Shown here: positions 22,581 through 24,000 of the stretch, in pieces | Numbering within the stretch: position 1 is the stretch's first letter | How the letters are laid out: every line of letters begins with the position of its first letter | Assembly (NCBI GenBank): GCA_963845765.1 | Contig: CAWJTI010000001.1 | Coordinates: 395,107 to 419,106 of the forward strand | Direction: 5' to 3' | DNA length: 24,000 nucleotides | Origin: an uncultured Chloroflexia bacterium | Lineage (GTDB): Bacteria > Chloroflexota > Anaerolineae > Ardenticatenales > Ardenticatenaceae | Program-made: the position numbers and the translations under genes | Notes under the pieces: generated by a model | Told to the model about the DNA's origin: nothing | Database searches by the model: none | What the model saw: only the letters and a program-made list of their open reading frames with translations

Positions 22581-22633
22581 TAAATCGATGGCGGCGCTCC
22601 TAATCCAGCATCGCCCTCTTTTTTGAGCGGATA

Positions 22634-22647
22634 GTTAAGCGCTTAAC
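22634..22647. promoter_or_regulatory. LacI-family operator candidate O2 (perfect 14-bp palindrome with central CG)
   Basis: gttaagcgcttaac is its own reverse complement. It has the central-CG architecture typical of LacI/GalR operators and lies 32 nt upstream of the LacI ATG. Confidence 0.6.
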
Positions 22648-22678
22648 GGTCGGTCCGTTAAGGGAGCACAAAAGATAC

Positions 22679-23701
22679 ATGGCGTCAGTGACGATCTACG
22701 ATGTGGCCGCCGCGGCGGGGGTTTCTACCGCGACGGTTTCCAAGGTGCTGTCCGGCCAGCGCTACGTGTCCGAAAAGACACGGGCGAAGGTGCTGGCCAC
22801 CGTGGAACGCCTCAACTACGTGCCCAACGTGGCCGCCCGCGGCCTCGCGGGGGCGCGCACGAACATTATCGGGGTAGTCATCTCCTACGACCCCGAGTAT
22901 CTTTTTTCCGACCCCCACCTTCTCAAGATCCTGCACGGAGCGGACCAAGTGGCCTCTGAGCGCAACAGCGCCTTGTTGCTTTCCACCGCCAGCTCCACCG
23001 ATGATCGCCTTTCGGCCCACCAGCGACTGCTCAGCCACCAGTACGCGGACGGTGCCCTCGTCGAGGGGAGCCTTGGCGAGATCGGCTTCTCGCTCTTGCA
23101 GGAGCGGGGCTACCCGGTGGTTGCCATCGGCTACAGCGAGCAGATTTCCTGCGTCCACACCGACGACCGCAGCGGGGCTCGCCAGATCACCGAGCATCTC
23201 GTCGAGCTGGGCCACCGCCGCATCGGCGTGGTGAGCGGCCCTGCCTCCGACCGGCTGGCGATGCAGGCGCGGCTGGACGGCTACCGCGACGCGCTCGCGG
23301 GGGCGGGCCTCGCCTTCGATGAGACGCTTGTCACTTTCGGCACCTTCCGCCGCGCCTCCGGCTACGAGCGTGCCGAGGAGCTGATGAACCATCCTTCGCC
23401 ACCGACCGCCATCTTCGCCTTCAACGACCGCATGGCCTTTGGCGTCTGCCGCTGGCTACGCGAGCACGACTACCACGTACCCAACGATATTTCAGTGGTT
23501 GGCTTTGATGATATTCCGAGCGCTGAGCTGTGGGACCCGCCGCTCACCACCGTGCGCCAACTTTCCCTCGAACAGGGCCGACAAGCGGCGACCCTGTTGT
23601 TTGACCTGATTCAGAACGAGGCAAGCATGGCTCGGCAGGAGCTTACCCTGCCTGCCCACCTGGTCATTCGCCACTCCACCGCCCCGGCGAAGGGAGGGTA
23701 G
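22679..23701 (+). CDS. LacI family transcriptional regulator
   Basis: N-terminal HTH VTIYDVAAAAGVSTATVSKVLSG...YVSEKTRAKVLATVERLNYVPNVAARGL, followed by a periplasmic-binding-protein-like effector domain. Confidence 0.95.
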   Translation: MASVTIYDVAAAAGVSTATVSKVLSGQRYVSEKTRAKVLATVERLNYVPNVAARGLAGARTNIIGVVISYDPEYLFSDPHLLKILHGADQVASERNSALLLSTASSTDDRLSAHQRLLSHQYADGALVEGSLGEIGFSLLQERGYPVVAIGYSEQISCVHTDDRSGARQITEHLVELGHRRIGVVSGPASDRLAMQARLDGYRDALAGAGLAFDETLVTFGTFRRASGYERAEELMNHPSPPTAIFAFNDRMAFGVCRWLREHDYHVPNDISVVGFDDIPSAELWDPPLTTVRQLSLEQGRQAATLLFDLIQNEASMARQELTLPAHLVIRHSTAPAKGG

Positions 23702-23777
23702 TCCGCCCCACAATTAGCCTTGCAAGCGAGTCGTAAACCTTTAACTATAAATTTCTGGAGGAGAACCCCATGTCGAA

Positions 23778-24000
23778 GCAACTACGACAGTTGTCCCTGC
23801 TAGCACTGTTACTCATGCTTGTTCTGCTGCTTGCCGCCTGCGGCGGTAGCAGCGAGAGCGAGACGACCACCGCGCCGGAAGCAACGGCCGAGGAGGTCAT
23901 GGAGGAGCCTGCGGCCACCGAGGAGGTCATGGAGGAGCCCGCTGCCACCGAGGAAGTGATGGAGGAGCCCGCTGCCGAGGAGACGAGCGGCGACAGCGTG
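23778..24000 (+). CDS. Lipoprotein, N-terminal fragment; probably a solute-binding protein of a LacI-controlled sugar ABC transporter. It continues past the window end.
   Basis: It is absent from the ORF track because it has no stop in the window. The ATG at 23778 follows a ggagga SD. MSKQLRQLSLLALLLMLVLLLAAC is a signal peptide with a lipobox Cys. An acidic repeat linker follows. The function is inferred from context only. Confidence 0.7.
23884..23973 (+). repeat. Three 30-bp tandem repeats encoding (A)TEEVMEEPAA
   Basis: gccaccgaggaggtcatggaggagcccgct occurs three times with a few substitutions. Confidence 0.85.

Overview
High-GC bacterial chromosomal segment. The gene content (FhaA/FhaB pair, LysM-M23 peptidase, many intergenic heptamer arrays) suggests a Chloroflexota-like organism, but that taxon call is inference only. 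About 20 protein-coding genes are supported. On the + strand: a TVP38/DedA fragment, a flavin-dependent halogenase (apparently frameshifted), a class-I pyridine-nucleotide-disulfide oxidoreductase and a bacterial PH-domain protein. On the - strand: a LysM-M23 peptidase, then a heterodimeric ABC exporter pair split by a low-GC four-helix-bundle (23S-rRNA-IVS/Avd family) gene, then a GNAT-like / SRPBCC / Zn-ADH operon. Back on the + strand: a secreted S8 protease, a large membrane GGDEF+HD-GYP protein and an endonuclease-III-like gene. Next is a frameshifted HD phosphohydrolase on the - strand, followed on the + strand by an FhaA/FhaB-like FHA pair, a LacI regulator and the start of a lipoprotein. 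Four things stand out. (1) A c-di-GMP-I (GEMM-I) riboswitch, not visible in the ORF track, sits at ~14215-14310. Its terminator overlaps the aptamer 3' strand. It lies upstream of the S8 protease and the adjacent c-di-GMP synthase/phosphodiesterase gene, giving a compact c-di-GMP sensing and turnover module. (2) The low-GC four-helix-bundle gene is bounded by a ~36-nt inverted heptamer array and wedged between the two ABC half-transporter genes, an intervening-sequence-like insertion inside an mRNA operon. (3) STRR-like heptamer tandem arrays of at least five unit types fill the intergenic regions. They often occur as inverted pairs abutting stop codons, and identical 32-mers and 16-mers recur at distant loci. 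(4) Two genes carry single-base frame breaks, which are either real pseudogenes or assembly indels. No CRISPR array, tRNA/rRNA, transposase or recognisable defence operon was seen.
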